Counted from the whole stretch's first letter, positions 12,301 to 26,182 are shown. The stretch is 61,622 bases of DNA, filler included, from Platydemus manokwari (GCA_037951405.1; 5 parts of 5 records of this genome joined end to end with filler, not necessarily neighbours in it); one strand, 5' to 3'. Numbers and translations: made by a program. Notes: a model not told the origin generated them from the sequence alone.

Positions 12301-15300
12301 GTTGTCTAACTGGTTTATTGAATGATCACCTTAAAAATCTTCATTTTAAATTATTTTTTGAGTTTTAACCTTTTTCTTTAATTGCCTTTATGGTTTTATT
12401 CAAAATTTGTAAACTAGAGAGATTGCCTATGTATTATATTAAGCTTTACTAGTGGAAAAAACAAACTTTCGAAGCCAATTCATATAAAATAATTTTCATA
12501 TGATTGCTATATATCTATTGAAATAAATAAATATATTATTAATATAAAAATACTTTTAAAATCATCATATAAAAATATAATTTGCATTCTAAATAACTTT
12601 TCATGAAATTGAATACAATTAACTTTTGGGACAATCTGACATTTTAATCAGAGAAAAATACAAAAACTTTCTTGTTTTTGTCATCTCATTTATTTCTCGA
12701 GAAAACTCTTTCGAAAACGCATTAGTTACAAAACAGTATTTGTAATATTATTTCGAATAAATACTTTTGTCTTGAATTAAGCATTCACTTCATTGATTAT
12801 GACTTTAAAATACTGAAAGCTAGAGATTGTATAACATTTTTCATAAAGTTTTAAATGTTATTATTATATTTATTTAACATTACCGATATAAATAGAATAC
12901 CGTATTGTATTGAATTTTTAACAAGTAATTTGAAAATTATTTTTATTAATCACATTATTAATAAAACGCGTTTACAACTTTGAAAATTAATTTCACCATG
13001 TTCTTATGATAACAATTTGCATCATTCTTGGTTTGGATTCGAGGCTCGTTGCAGATACTTTTGAGAAAAATATTACGAATTTAATCTATCGGCACTACTT
13101 GTTGATATTACTTATGGTTCAATGTATAATCCCTAATAACTCATAACTATTTGATGATATTTAAGTAGCTTGTTTATTTGTTTCAAAATGATCTCTGGAT
13201 TTTAGATAAATTTTAAGTTAATATTAAGTTCTAGTTTATATCGATAGTATTGTATAATATATTGTAACAAAAGGAAATGTACAGAATGGCTTTACGGCAC
13301 TACAAATGCTGCGCAGATTCATCAGTTATGAACTACGATGGATTAACACCACTTGCACTGGCGGCTAGTCTCGGACAACAAAAGGTTTTCAACGAAATTA
13401 TTAATTTAAACACAGTGGTTAGTATTTGAACTTCATTGAAACAACAATTAAAATTTTCTTGTTATTCTCATAATGAAAAATAATTTTGAAATGTTAGAAA
13501 ATTGTTATTGCTTTATCAGAGAAATATTTATCAGGGCTGGAAAATCGGAGCCTCATAATTGTGTCTGACTCCTATTAGCGTTGCAATTAAATATATGCTA
13601 CGAATTTGATTATTGTTAAAAATATAAACAAACAACAAATATAATTTTCTAACTTTGAATATTTAGATAAATTTAACTTTATAATTATAAGATAATTTTT
13701 AAACTTTAATTTTTAAACTTTAATTTGATATTAAAACTTAAAATAAAATTGATGTTAGATCGAGGTTACTTTTTATGTCCAAAATTTCTTTTAAATATTC
13801 AATATGGCTGTGAGGTTGAACTGATTGTGGTGGAATTAAATTATCCACTATCAACTAATAAATATAGCTGAATGCAAGTGAAACCATCGAGGGTTTAAAT
13901 GTACACAACGAACAAGCTCTAAAATGATGGATTTGAAGTGATGAGATAGTGACAAGGACTACGAAATATATTTATCAACAATTTACCAATCGTTTTGATT
14001 GCTATGACTAATAATTATGAATCCCAAGAAAATCTCGATTAAGTCCATATAGTCAAAATACAGTTGAGACCATTAGTATTTTTCTATATCATATCCGTTG
14101 ACAAAACAACAAATACTGTCAGCCGTGGAACAAAGTATCGACATTCAAAAAATATTTTTGTATTTCCGTTAATTTCCAAATTCGCAATTTGTATTATAAA
14201 AATCAATAAACGGTTGAATAAACAAATTATCAATGTTATGTTTATAATTCCAAAGTAATTTTATTAATCGGCTTTTTCTGCTTTGCTATCCATTGTTTTT
14301 GATTCTGATAATTCACAATCGAATCGAATCATTATTAGAAAAATGGAATTTTCCCATTTTTCATTATTTGTTTCGAATTCCCATCGTATTTCTGATTAAA
14401 TTTCTTTGTGTATTTTGTAAACAAACATTTGTATCGTGGAAAAAAAATATTAGCAAACAGCAATTTATGATGAGAAATGTCAAAGTAATCTGTAAGTTCA
14501 CAATGGGGAATTAAGTAAAAACGTTGTACAATTTTCCCATTATTATAGAATTTTCAGTTTTTTCCCCGTTTTGGAGAACGATAACAAGCGCTTTGAAATT
14601 AATGAACAATTACATCATTTTTGGATAGATATTTTAATTTTTAATTTATTGTTTTTAATGATATTTAAATTTAAAATTCGCCCAAAAGCTCTATAAGTGA
14701 GTGAATTGTGAAGTGGTAAATTCCATATTCAACCAATTATTGTTGAATATAACTAAATTATTAGCCAGCATATCGGTAGTCAATATATATTACTAATAAT
14801 CAAGGATTTAACCAGTTATTACTCATTGGCTTACAATAATAAAATTATTATTAATAATATTTCTATTGTTAATAATATATCTCGTCAATCAAAACAAGAT
14901 ATGAATTTCTCTAGGTTCTTTGGAGCTTCAGTCATTTAACTTATCGGGTATACCCTTTAACTGGTCTCGACAGTATCAATGCCGATGGATCGGTTGATTG
15001 GAATTCTACAATAATGCGAGTAGTTGATGCCAGAACCGAACAACACTTAGCCATGTTGGAAGAAGGTGTCATTTATCAATTGCTTCAAGAAAAATGGAGA
15101 TTGTATGCAAAAGTTCATACTGTTGAAATTTTTAATTCCTTATAATTTTTGGCATTTCCTAGAGAAAATTCATGTTTCAACTTGGATTTTATTTAACTCA
15201 GTTGCTTGTCGCTGGAATTGCATTGTATTTACGATCGGCCGACAAATTGGAACTTTATGCCAGGACTAATATTTTGGTTCAGGTATCGTCATAAAACAAT

Positions 15301-15460
15301 TGGTTTTTGATAAGAGATTTTGAACGATTCATTTCAGAATAACAGTGATATTGCTCGTTATGTTGCTGAAGGTTTGTCGTGTTTAATGTCGATCACCAGT
15401 GCCACTACCCATGTTGTGAATATTTTCAAGCAAAGCTTTCGGAGTTACATAAAAGGCCTT
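9315..15460 (+). CDS. TRPV channel, OSM-9/Inactive subfamily; partial (N-terminus, ankyrin repeats, S1-S2; later TM/pore exons not seen)
   Basis: Exons 9315-9629, 10460-10700, 11682-11858, 11908-12062, 13274-13417, 14915-15112, 15163-15282, 15338-15460, all GT-AG and in phase. Motifs CWEVGRRGLLGENLLHIC, YFGQTPLHMAI, RALGTFFL, FYGEYPVSFAA, QDTFGNTVLHIVV, GLTPLALAA, YPLTGLDSINADGSVDWNS, LLQEKW, ALYLR follow the order seen in Drosophila Inactive and C. elegans OSM-9. Confidence 0.92.
12072..12127. repeat. (ATT/ATG)n low-complexity microsatellite in TRPV intron
   Basis: tattattattatgatgattattatgattattatgattatgattattattattatta. Confidence 0.8.
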
Positions 15461-15858
15461 GTAATTTATTTGACTGCATTCTTTTAATAATATTATTTAA
15501 CAGTATTGATGATTTTGAAAAGAAAATACTATTAAGAAATGTGATAATACAAAACACTAATCACTAAAATCCAAATCAAATATAATAATGAAGTATAAAA
15601 TTTAAGAAACAAAACTACAAGAACAACACAAATCAAATTTACTCATCCTTAGGTGGTCCATTTTTAGACAGAAGTATCGCTTTTTGTTAATTGATTTATA
15701 ATGATCGCCATGAAAAATTTAAATGAGAAAAATAATTATCTGTTTGCAGCATTAGTATTTGTAGATATTTGGTAACGACTAATGAGCAGAATATTTAGTC
15801 GTTTTATTGGAATATAAATTGTTTGCCAAAACCGGAATAGTGTTAGAACTGATCCTAT

Positions 15859-16073
15859 NNNNNNNNNNNNNNNNNNNNNNNNNNNNNNNNNNNNNNNNNN
15901 NNNNNNNNNNNNNNNNNNNNNNNNNNNNNNNNNNNNNNNNNNNNNNNNNNNNNNNNNNNNNNNNNNNNNNNNNNNNNNNNNNNNNNNNNNNNNNNNNNNN
16001 NNNNNNNNNNNNNNNNNNNNNNNNNNNNNNNNNNNNNNNNNNNNNNNNNNNNNNNNNNNNNNNNNNNNNNNNN
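15859..16073. other. Intra-scaffold assembly gap (215 N)
   Basis: Run of N without the TTAATTAATTAA linker. Confidence 0.99.
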
Positions 16074-16931
16074 TATCAATAATAATAAAATATCGTTGGG
16101 TCGAATGAGCGTAGAACGCAACTACTTGTTTGATTATTTGACTCCAAATAAATAAACATATATGTTCACTGATAGCTTTATTTAATCTTAGAACGTAAAG
16201 GTCAAACTTATTATTAAAGTCCAGTTAACAAGAATCGGATATTCTTTGACCAAGAATTTGAGCTATTGATCGATGGATTAATCCTGATATTCCAAATACT
16301 ATAGTAAAAACTTATATGATACTTGTTTAATATAAGCATATATATATTTATAATTTTTAATTTGCAAGTTTTATTTCAGGCCCTCTTCAATGTGATGACA
16401 ACACATCTATAAATTTGATCAAATAGAACATGAATAGACTAATAAAACGGTGAATCAATCGCTAAAAATATCAAAAAATTAAAGGTCATATGATTGTGAG
16501 ATGATCTAGTGCAAATTTATATATTTCAATTCAGATACTTCTTTATAGACAACAGACTGTAAAAGGAAAACAACCCTGAAACTAAACTGTCAAATTTTCA
16601 AAAGACCAATTTTATAAATAAAAATGTGATTTTCAGTCTTATTTCAGTCTGAAAATTGGACTATCAGTTTAATACAGGGCAGTAGTCTGTCTTTCGACCA
16701 ATTAGGCTTGAAAAACATAAAATGGTTAGCGACAACAAAATATAACTCAATAAAAATAAACAAAGTTTGCAATAATAAAAGTCGCACATTGTTTCTACAG
16801 GTAAGCCAATCCAATTAAATAAAAATTTGTTTTATATAATGTTAATTGGAAATATAAATACCAGGTTGAGTCAAAAGTTATTCATGTTTTTATGCAGGTA
16901 TTTTATTAACACAAATTGTTATAACGCTGAA

Positions 16932-17031
16932 NNNNNNNNNNNNNNNNNNNNNNNNNNNNNNNNNNNNNNNNNNNNTTAATTAATTAANNNNNNNNNNNNN
17001 NNNNNNNNNNNNNNNNNNNNNNNNNNNNNNN
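16932..17031. other. Artificial contig linker (44 N + TTAATTAATTAA + 44 N)
   Basis: Identical 100-nt structure occurs four times; the core gives stops in all six frames. Confidence 0.97.
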
Positions 17032-17037
17032 ATATAG

Positions 17038-17087
17038 TGAGAGAGCGGAGAGAAGAGAGAGGGAGGGAGTGAGAGAGAGAGAGAGAA
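17038..17087. repeat. (GA)n-rich microsatellite at contig end
   Basis: tgagagagcggagagaagagagagggagggagtgagagagagagagagaaa. Confidence 0.8.
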
Positions 17088-17215
17088 ATATTGACCAATG
17101 GAAGTCAGATAAAATTCAAATAATCACGGTAACTGAAAATGATTATCGAATGTCTCTTATTTTCTTTATTCGATTGATAAAGTATTTATAATGCATCACT
17201 ATAGAAACAATGAAC

Positions 17216-20200
17216 CTGTGGATAATGTTTCTCTTGGTTAAATAGAGCATTCCGTCTGCAATCTGCTCTGCCCAATTTAGCATAATAAGACTAGTGATCT
17301 TGTTCTTGTTGCGAACTAAATATTTGTCTAGACTGCCTTCCTTGACATACGCCGATATGAGACACGGTTTATCATAGGACAAACAAACTCCAATGAATCT
17401 CAAACAGTGCATATGCGATACTGATGCCATCATCTAGAATTTCATTTATCAGTCATACAAATCTCTAAATGCGCATGAAACAAAAAATCGTACTTTTGCT
17501 TCTTGCATTATCGATTCAATCTCTTCATTTCCCATATTCTTTATCACTTTTATCGCTACGGGTAAGTAAAAATCGGCACTTGATTTCCTCAGCAAAGTAT
17601 CGTCTTCTTTGGGGATCTTCCATTTACCTTTATAAACATAGCCAAAAGCACCGAAACCCAACGGTCGTGATTCGTCTTCAAAAGTGAGATCTTCTTTACT
17701 GACAATGACCAATCGCCCCATGTTTGGAGGTTTATTAAGCAGATCGTCATCCTAATAAAAACAATAAACAAAATTATTAAAAAGTATAGTGTTGATTTTA
17801 TAAAAATTTTTTCGATAAAAGAAGAAACCGAGGAAAAAGAGTTTCATATCATGTCATCTTATTGTAATAATATTCAGAAGAAATATTGGATACGTGGAGA
17901 AGAAATAAATTTGTCGATTATTGAAGAATTTAAGTGATTTGTTCGGGGATTGCTTAATAAAATAATAATAATAATAATAACAATAATAATAATAATAATA
18001 ATAATAACGATAATTATGGTATTAGAATGGTGATAATAACATTAACAAAGATAAAAATAATAGCAATAATAAAGATAATAATAAAATTTATAATAATATT
18101 AATAACATAGTCACTACAATGAAAAAAAGAATAATATTAATACTACTACTAATAATAATAATTTTATTTTTCCATTGCCGTACAACAAAAATAACATTTA
18201 TAGTAAATATTTTAAGAGCACTGCCAACATGATCCCATGAAAAATATTAAAGACTTTAATTTGAGAAATAATATATTATCAATCATAAAATACCTTTGAG
18301 TTTGGTTCTGTTAAATTGGAATACTTCGACTTCAATTCCGCTTCCATCCTCTCTGTATATGCTTTTCTCCGCAGACACACAATGATGATAACAATGACTA
18401 TTATCACTAAGACTAACATTGTTAACACGACAAACACCGTAATTTTCGTTCGTTTCAGAGCTTCCTTTTTGGCATCACTTTCCCACGAAGACATACACAC
18501 AATATCACCACTTTTCTTTTCGACTTCTTCGTATTCTTTGTCGATCGGGCAGGTTTTATTGCAGTAAAACTGATTGGATAAAGGTCAATATATCTATTGT
18601 TACAAAATATCTCTCCAAATCAAAATTACCGTTTTGTCTTCAAAATAAATCCTTTTGAATTTACAACGTGTACAATTGGTCCTGAAAGGACCGGTACATC
18701 CTCCCGAACACACGGTATCACATGTTTTGCAAATCCTTTGACTGCCATTGGTTTCGATTTTGTAATGATCGTCTAGATATCAAAGATTTTTTAAAGAATT
18801 TTATTTCATTTTCAATCGTTCGATATTTTGTGATATCAAGGCAAAGCCCAAATAATCATATAATGTCATCAAGTTCGACCAATCAAAAGTAGATCACTGC
18901 TAAATACACATTTGATGATATCAGATTTATTTAATAACAAATACTACATTCAGTAGAGTAAACATCAGAGAAATAGCACAATATGTTGTCACCATCTCAT
19001 ATTACCAGGGTTTCAGGTATACACCAATTAATATCTGTCAACACTAAATTCTAATAAATACCAATCTATCATCAATCAGGTTTTCTCGAGTTACCTATTC
19101 AATTTACCTCAAGTAGCACATCTAATAAACCCAACACACGTGGACTAGAAAATTCTTTTATTATCTGTTCTGTTGAAATGAGATCATTTAACATTTTCAC
19201 AAATGAAACTCGATGAACTAGTTCCACGACTGTCTTGAATGAATGATAATTGTCTTATTCATTCCATGGACGATTCCTAATTTGAAAATGGTATGTTTAG
19301 TGACACACACACAAGCACGCGCACACATCTGCAATTAATTTTACTGGCAACATCGGTTTAATCAATGAAAATAAAGAGTATAATACAATTCGTTTCAGTT
19401 CTTATAAAAATTCTGAAAAATTGTCCCACAAATTTAACGAAGAAAGAATAAAAGAACCTTTGGAAATGATGGTGTATTATTGATTAATGATTATTTTCAT
19501 ATATAAGGAACAGGAAAGCGTAATTTTTATCAATAGTTTAATGAAAAGGAGCTCAAAATTTAAATTAATAAAGACCTGCGAGTCAAAATAATCGATAATT
19601 AAATGAGCTTCCAAATATTGATTATATTTTATTTTCCATTACAGCGCATTAATATTGAGGAGTTTATAAGAATATTCTCCACAAAAGAAAGCGCAAATTA
19701 ACATTATATATATGGGGTTTGAACGAAAGTCTTGTCCGATGAAAATAATATTTAATTATTTACTGCACTCAGTTGGACAAACTCGTAGATGAGATTCGAG
19801 AAAAGAGGTGCAGGTTGTGTGGAAACATTTTTGAAAAGTTCCATTTCCTCCACGATAACGCTCGATAGCATATGGCACGTTTAACTCAAAATAAGCTTGC
19901 CTAGATGGGTTTTACGCTAATACCGCATTCACCATACTCTCCAGACTTTGCCCCTTCAGACTATTATCTGGTTTCTCCTGTGAAAAACTCATTTCGTGGG
20001 GAAACATATCACTCCACTGAAGTGGTTAACAATGATTTGAAAAAGTGGTTCGCTTCAAAACCGGTGGAATAGTATGAAAACGGTATCAAACAACTTCCAG
20101 AATGCTGGCAAAAGTGTGTGGATCTTAAAAGTGACTATTTTCAACATTTCAGATTTACAGACGAATGATGTTTTGTTTATATTTCTCAATTTACATATTT

Positions 20201-23200
20201 TCTTTATTGATTAAATCTATATTATTTACTATCGGACAAGACTTTCGTTCCAAGTCCTATATATCCTTCAATCAGGAACAACCCTGCTTATTTAACTAAC
20301 ATGGAATCAAATGCACGAGTAAATGTTATAGTGGTCTACTGGATCGCAGAAATCGATCATATAACGTTGCGACAATAAGTCAGATAGCAAATATATTCTC
20401 AATGTATATTTATAGAAATAATAAAATGAATCAACATTCTTCAACCAATGACAAATGAAAAGTTGTTTGATGTGTTTTGCAAATCAATGTCTTATTTTCC
20501 ACTCAAACGGTTTTAACAGCCGACAAAGGCGAATTCAATGATTTTGTTCTCTATTTTGTAATAAGGAAATCTTGAAAGCAAATTCAAATTTTTACTCTCA
20601 GATTTTCGCCAAAAATTCACAAGATAAAACATGATGTTGCCACTGCAATAACAATATGAATATATATCGATGAAGTCTTTTAGTTTGAACAATTATATTT
20701 CTTATAAGTTACTCGATTCTTGATAAATATCTCCATGTGAGTCTAGGTCAGTGTAAAATTTTTTCCAATAGAAATTACTTTTCTAAAAATATCAACAAAA
20801 TCAATACGATTTTTACTGAAATATTTTCACCAACATTAGCAGTACCGGTACGAATTATATTTTTATAAATAACCAGATACGTAATCGAGCCGAAAATAGT
20901 TTTCTATAAATTACCAAGTAATTCTAAACTCAATTATAAATTCGAACAACAAAATCTATAACGAAATAGCAAAATTCCAAACTAATTCACATTCCTGGCA
21001 AGGCAATCACAACGCTTAAGTAGGTTTCTGATTAAAATATATATATTTACCGCCCCACACTTCACAAGGAATGAAACATCAAATTGTAATCCATAATATG
21101 TGAAGAAAAATGAGATCAAAACTTGCTCAATGTTGCGATAACGGCTTAGAATCTCTAATGATACCATTGATTTATTCCAACCCCTTACAATTTCACCGAG
21201 CATGCACAGTCTTCGAAAATGTTTAAAATCGAAATTCTTAATTGGTTTTTCTTAGATTTTTAATTAATAAAATGTACTGTTTTGCCTTTGCTTGTGAACT
21301 AGTTTTTGAAATTGTTTTTCATTCAATGTTTCGATAATAGATTTTTAGAATGAATTGCAAGACACAAAAAAGTGAAATCACGAATATTTTTTATCAGACC
21401 TTCAAACAAATAAATTAAAATATATGATCAACACGCGCTGAATTGTCGGTTCCAGTTGATAAAAATAAAATGGATATATTTAATATCGAGTTCACGGTTG
21501 AAAGATTTTATTTTCCACAGTTATTGGTCGATAATAAATTGGGGAATGATGGTAACATTGATTTTACCTTGCTACGGTTGAAAGATAGGTGAGATTCTAC
21601 CAAAACATCGGATTTCGTTGAAATAATAAACAGAGAAATTGATTGATTGAAATCCGTGGAGAAATTCATTTTCCAACCCTCAACTAATGGTTATAAGAGC
21701 AAAACAACTCAAGTAATTGTAGTCATCCAAATCGGATGTTCGTAATAAAAATAGATAATTCAATTTTATTTGATCGGTTTTTCGTCATCTTTCACGGTGT
21801 AACGAATAAAAACCTAAATTCCTTCACATCAACATAGTTCAATTCAGAAACCAAGCCACCCTACACTATCACCAGTAACAAACATGTAGCCATGCAAATC
21901 CAATATATACAATTAACTCGATTGGTATGTAATTAAAAAGATAAATATAAGACTCCAATCTGTGTCTCTAATCGTTCATATCTTAATTAGTTAAATGAGG
22001 ACAGATTTTTTAAAATATAATGGCGTTATTCGTAAATCATTGATGATCCTTCAACAATATCATCGATTTGGAATATGTTGTTGAACACGTACAGAACGAC
22101 CGAATATATAAATTAAAACGATAAAATAACAGGCCATTTCAACTACTCCAAAACTGTACAACAATTTCCAGTCAAGAGTATTTTCTACGAGAGATCAATG
22201 TAAATTATCGATTATTCTAAAAGTGAGTGAATTTTGCGATTTATTCGATGAGTCACCGGGAGACGAAGAGAGACGCTCGTTTTGTTGCCATCGATGTTAA
22301 CACACCAGTCATCATTACTCAGAAATTTCTTAAATACCTAATTCAAGTTTTTCTTGTTGAAAATAGATATTCAAATATCGAGAAAAATGCAAGCCATTTA
22401 TGATAAATTATATGATATTTGTAAATATCGATTGGTCATCGGTTTCAAATATCAATACAGGATAAATCATTACTGAGAACGAAAAATCTCAACAAATCTT
22501 ATATTTAGAAATAAAAATCGAAAATTCAAAACAATATGATTTTATTCGATGAATTTGAGTTTGTGATAACTTTTATCAGAGATCTGGACAGTTCAACATT
22601 TTGTTCATAGAGATAATCTTCGGAATTCCTCAATCAGGTATCCGCAATTGATATTTTATTTATAAATCATACTTTGATTTAAATCAATAAATGCATCGAA
22701 TCTTTCAAATTCACTGATTTCAAAATCACAACCGTTGTCATTGGTTATACAACATTTAAAACCTTTTGAAGGAAATTTTAATTTTACAGTTATAATTTTT
22801 ATAAACTCATGAAGCAACAAATATTTTCACCGAATATGACTCAATTTTTATTCACAATATCTGTAGCCGGCGGAATCAGAAAAATTTACAACGGTTCAGA
22901 TATAACAGTTGAAATATTGTTTGAACCACTAATAATGTGAGTGAAAAGTTCAAAGATAGATCGATTTCATAATCCTTTCTACTCATCGGTATCTACAATT
23001 CCATAATGCACGCACTGATGGATTAAAAGCTTGTTCTTGGAATACTTAAGATGTTTGGATTATGAGTACCGGTAAAAGAAGATTCTTGGAGTTGTTACAT
23101 ACATCAAAAAACAATAAGATTTGATAAGATAATATAGTTAAAAAGAAATTAGGTTATGTCGGAGCGGTAGATAGAATCGGAGCAAAGTTTCAGACAACAA

Positions 23201-25458
23201 AATATCCAATATCGGAACCAACTGGATTAAAATTTTTAAAATTCAAACCAATCAATATTTTCACAATTCTCAAAGGTCAAACAATAATGTCTTTAATGGT
23301 CTTGTCAAAAAATTCTACAAATCTATTTTATAAAAACATAGATAAATCAATGAAAATCGATGACAACCGAAAATATTATGGCAGCACATATATCAGATTC
23401 ATAGAACAAACGGCGAACTTGTATTGGACATCGGATTTAAATGTCGAACAATTTGGTTGGATTGAAAAGAATTAGTGGACATATTAACCCGGAAATATGT
23501 TTGATACAAGATAAGTTTCCAGATAACATGAACCAATTACTCGATGATGAAATTGTGCTATCGATGAAGGAAATAATTATACGAGAACCAAGCAATATGT
23601 TTACAGAATTCTGTTCGGGCTTCTGATTGAGTTTTTGATAAAACAATTTACAACAATTACGACATTTATTTACTTTTCCTTCTCGTTAACTTTTCCATTG
23701 TAGAAAAAATGATTCCAATGCTTTTCAACAATTCAACCAATCATATATTTCATGGAAATAATCAAAAAAACTTTCTGGATCGATTATGATATCAATAGAT
23801 CCTGATTGGTGACAGACGGAATCATTATTCCTATGTAGTGCTAGCATTTAGAAAACGTCCATAGGAACCAGTCCACATATCGGTCACTGGATCGCCAATT
23901 TAATTACTATCGATTTTATGGTAATTGATTTCTTGTTAGTGTTTATGTCAGAATATTCCATTTCACAAATTTGTTTTCCTGTTGTGTCACTGCGGAATTA
24001 TTTATTTTTATATCAGCTAAATATATCCAATGCACTTACAGTAGACGTCACAAAATTGTTAATCTGATCTAAAAATAGAACCATTTATTGAAGGAAATTA
24101 TTTTCATGTTTTCCATTAGTCAGTAGGTAATTAAGAAATACTGTAGCAAGTAGACTAGGTTTATAAATCGATATTGTTGAATGAGATGTAAAAATGTGAA
24201 CATTTCGATTCAATAAAGAGGTTAATACACCTCATTGATTTTCAATATATATGCGAAAATGGAGCTAAAATATTTTTCAAAAATCTCATTATTCGCCAAA
24301 TATATCATGGTTTTGATTGTGTGTGTGTGTGTAACACACGTCCATTTTATTTCATCAATACCAAACATTCGAATCAATTCCAAATCATTCACCTGGACAA
24401 GTGGAACCCCCACGGAGAAGTTATTTGAATCAAAAACCGAATCAAATACTTTCACAAATTAAAAGAATTTGCAAAATAGTTTTATTTTATAAGGGTGTAG
24501 CGATTTAAAAACCGGTAATTTTTACATTAATATAAACCACTAATAGATCTGTTTCGTTGTTTAATCCACTCATCAGTACCGGAAGATGACATCGGATCTG
24601 GAAATCTATAATTCGATATTTGATAGATTTTAAGCAACAGTTTTTTCGCTTTCATTCATTATCTCATCACGTATCCTATACGTGTGGAGTATGTGATAAA
24701 TCAATGAAGAATGTTTATTGAAACCATCGGAAGAACCTTCAAAGGGTGTCAACAGACAAGCATGATAAACACAGGCGCTCCAAGTCAATTATATGCCTTT
24801 AAATTATTGGAATTTAATTATACAATTGGCGCATGCCAACAACAGACAATGAACATCGAATTACGCCAATGAAAACAGAGATAGAAGGAAATTTATCAAT
24901 AGGTTATCCTTCAAACGATTTGAACAAATCGAAAGCTAAGGAACAAGACAATAAGTCCATTAAAGGAGTCTACATTGGAGGATGATTGCCAGTCTTTACG
25001 GTCGGTCATTTGTGTCGTCGTTTTTATTTTTCGGGTACTGAGGCCATTGTGATCTGGTATTTGAGATTTATTTACGATTTTGGGTGTTGGGCGTTCACGA
25101 TCTTATTGAATCAGTATGAAATGTTACCTTATATTTATAATTTTGGCCTCTCTAACACCTTGGTAATAAGTTATTTACACACATCACTGTTTAAGCACAA
25201 ACAAATTATCAATTTGATAAAATTTACCTCGAGGACAGGTCTTTTCGCAATACTCATTGTACCAAACACCTTTACAAAATCCACAGTCGCCCTTTTTTTC
25301 TGATTTGCCGGTGCAATTCAAACAAAGATTATGACAAGGGTAACACGTATGGCCGAAATTTTCAGGATAATATTTTGAAATGTGCTCATCATTTTTGACA
25401 AGCGTGAACGTTCCTTCCGGACATTGAGTAACACATCGTTTGATATTATACGCCCTAT
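17216..25458 (-). CDS. egfr: EGFR/ErbB-family receptor tyrosine kinase; partial at both ends (furin-like Cys repeats, TM, juxtamembrane, kinase up to HR)
   Basis: Exons ~25458 (or 25454)-25228 (CVTQCPEG...CYPCHNLCLNCTG...CEKTCP), 18772-18630 (CKTCDTVCSGGCTGP..NCTRC), 18569-18294 (TM ITVFVVLTMLVLVIIVIVIIIVC then RRK), 17751-17494 (PPNMGRL...LGFGAFGYVYKGKW...PVAIK), 17433-17216 (MASVSHMHCLRFIGVC...NWAEQIADGMLYL...IIHR). Downstream joins are GT-AG and in phase; the rest lies beyond the contig ends. Confidence 0.93.
17960..18160. repeat. (TAA)n microsatellite / low complexity in EGFR intron
   Basis: aataataataataataataacaataataat... followed by degenerate TAA runs. Confidence 0.85.
19711..20260 (+). 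mobile_element. Internally deleted mariner (DD34D) element with both TIRs
   Basis: Inverted repeats GAACGAAAGTCTTGTCCGAT (19721-19740) and ATCGGACAAGACTTTCGTTC (20231-20250) inside TA runs. Internal FLHDNAR*H...IPHSPYSPDFAPSDYYL...GIKQLPECWQKCVDLKSDYF is a mariner transposase C-terminus with stops. Confidence 0.92.
21520..23630 (+). pseudogene. Decayed coding-like segment antisense within the EGFR intron, identity unknown
   Basis: Protein-like stretches broken by stops and frameshifts, e.g. a ~115-codon open frame ~23130-23475 (KKLGYVGAVDRIGAKFQTTKYPISEPTGLKFLKFKPINIFTILKGQTIMS...). No diagnostic motif recognised. Confidence 0.3.
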
Positions 25459-26182
25459 CTATTTACGAAAAATACAATATTTTAAATATCGTTTTATAAT
25501 ATATTTTCATGTAAAAACTTTCGAACGCATTATGAATTGATGAAAAAATCTTTTGGAGTTAATTTTATTTCATGCCTACTTGTATAGGTTGTCTATTATG
25601 CTTAATAAATTTTTCGAGCACCATTCGAAAATTTATAAAGATGATATTTGAAAATATTTAATGTGAGTTATACCGATATATATCATTTGCAATATCCGTG
25701 GGGACGGAAAAAATGAAATAACGAATTACATAAAATATTTTCGATAAAATGATAATAAATTAAAAATTATTTTAAGATTTTGTTTGGAATTAATTTCATC
25801 CAACTTATGGTCGAAGAAGTGTCAGTAAATCAACAAAATTCCTTCGATTAATTTAAAAAAATCAGATTAGTTTAAAAAATCACAATAATAGTCAGTCAGA
25901 AATGTTAATTTTTAGTGTATTTTGCCATTTTAACTTTCAATTTTAAATCTAAAGAGTAAAAACTATAGTAAAATACAGGAATAATTCCAAACTTGGTAAT
26001 TGTGAAGTTTTTATAATTTGATATTTAATTCTTAAACTATAAAATTAAATAAAATATAATATCCGAAAAATCGAGGATTTGTTTTAATATTGTGGTTAAA
26101 TATACTTTTCCAGTTAAAATTTTGGCTTAAATTAAAAAAGGAGTTCTTTGACCTATTTTTGTAGTAATGAATTTTCACACAA

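Noticed and set aside
15807-16121. ORFs made largely of X residues
   Set aside because: Artefacts of translating the N gap.
16976-16987. Recurring TTAATTAATTAA palindrome resembling a repeat array or recombination site
   Set aside because: Always centred in exactly 44+44 N, so it is a synthetic linker.
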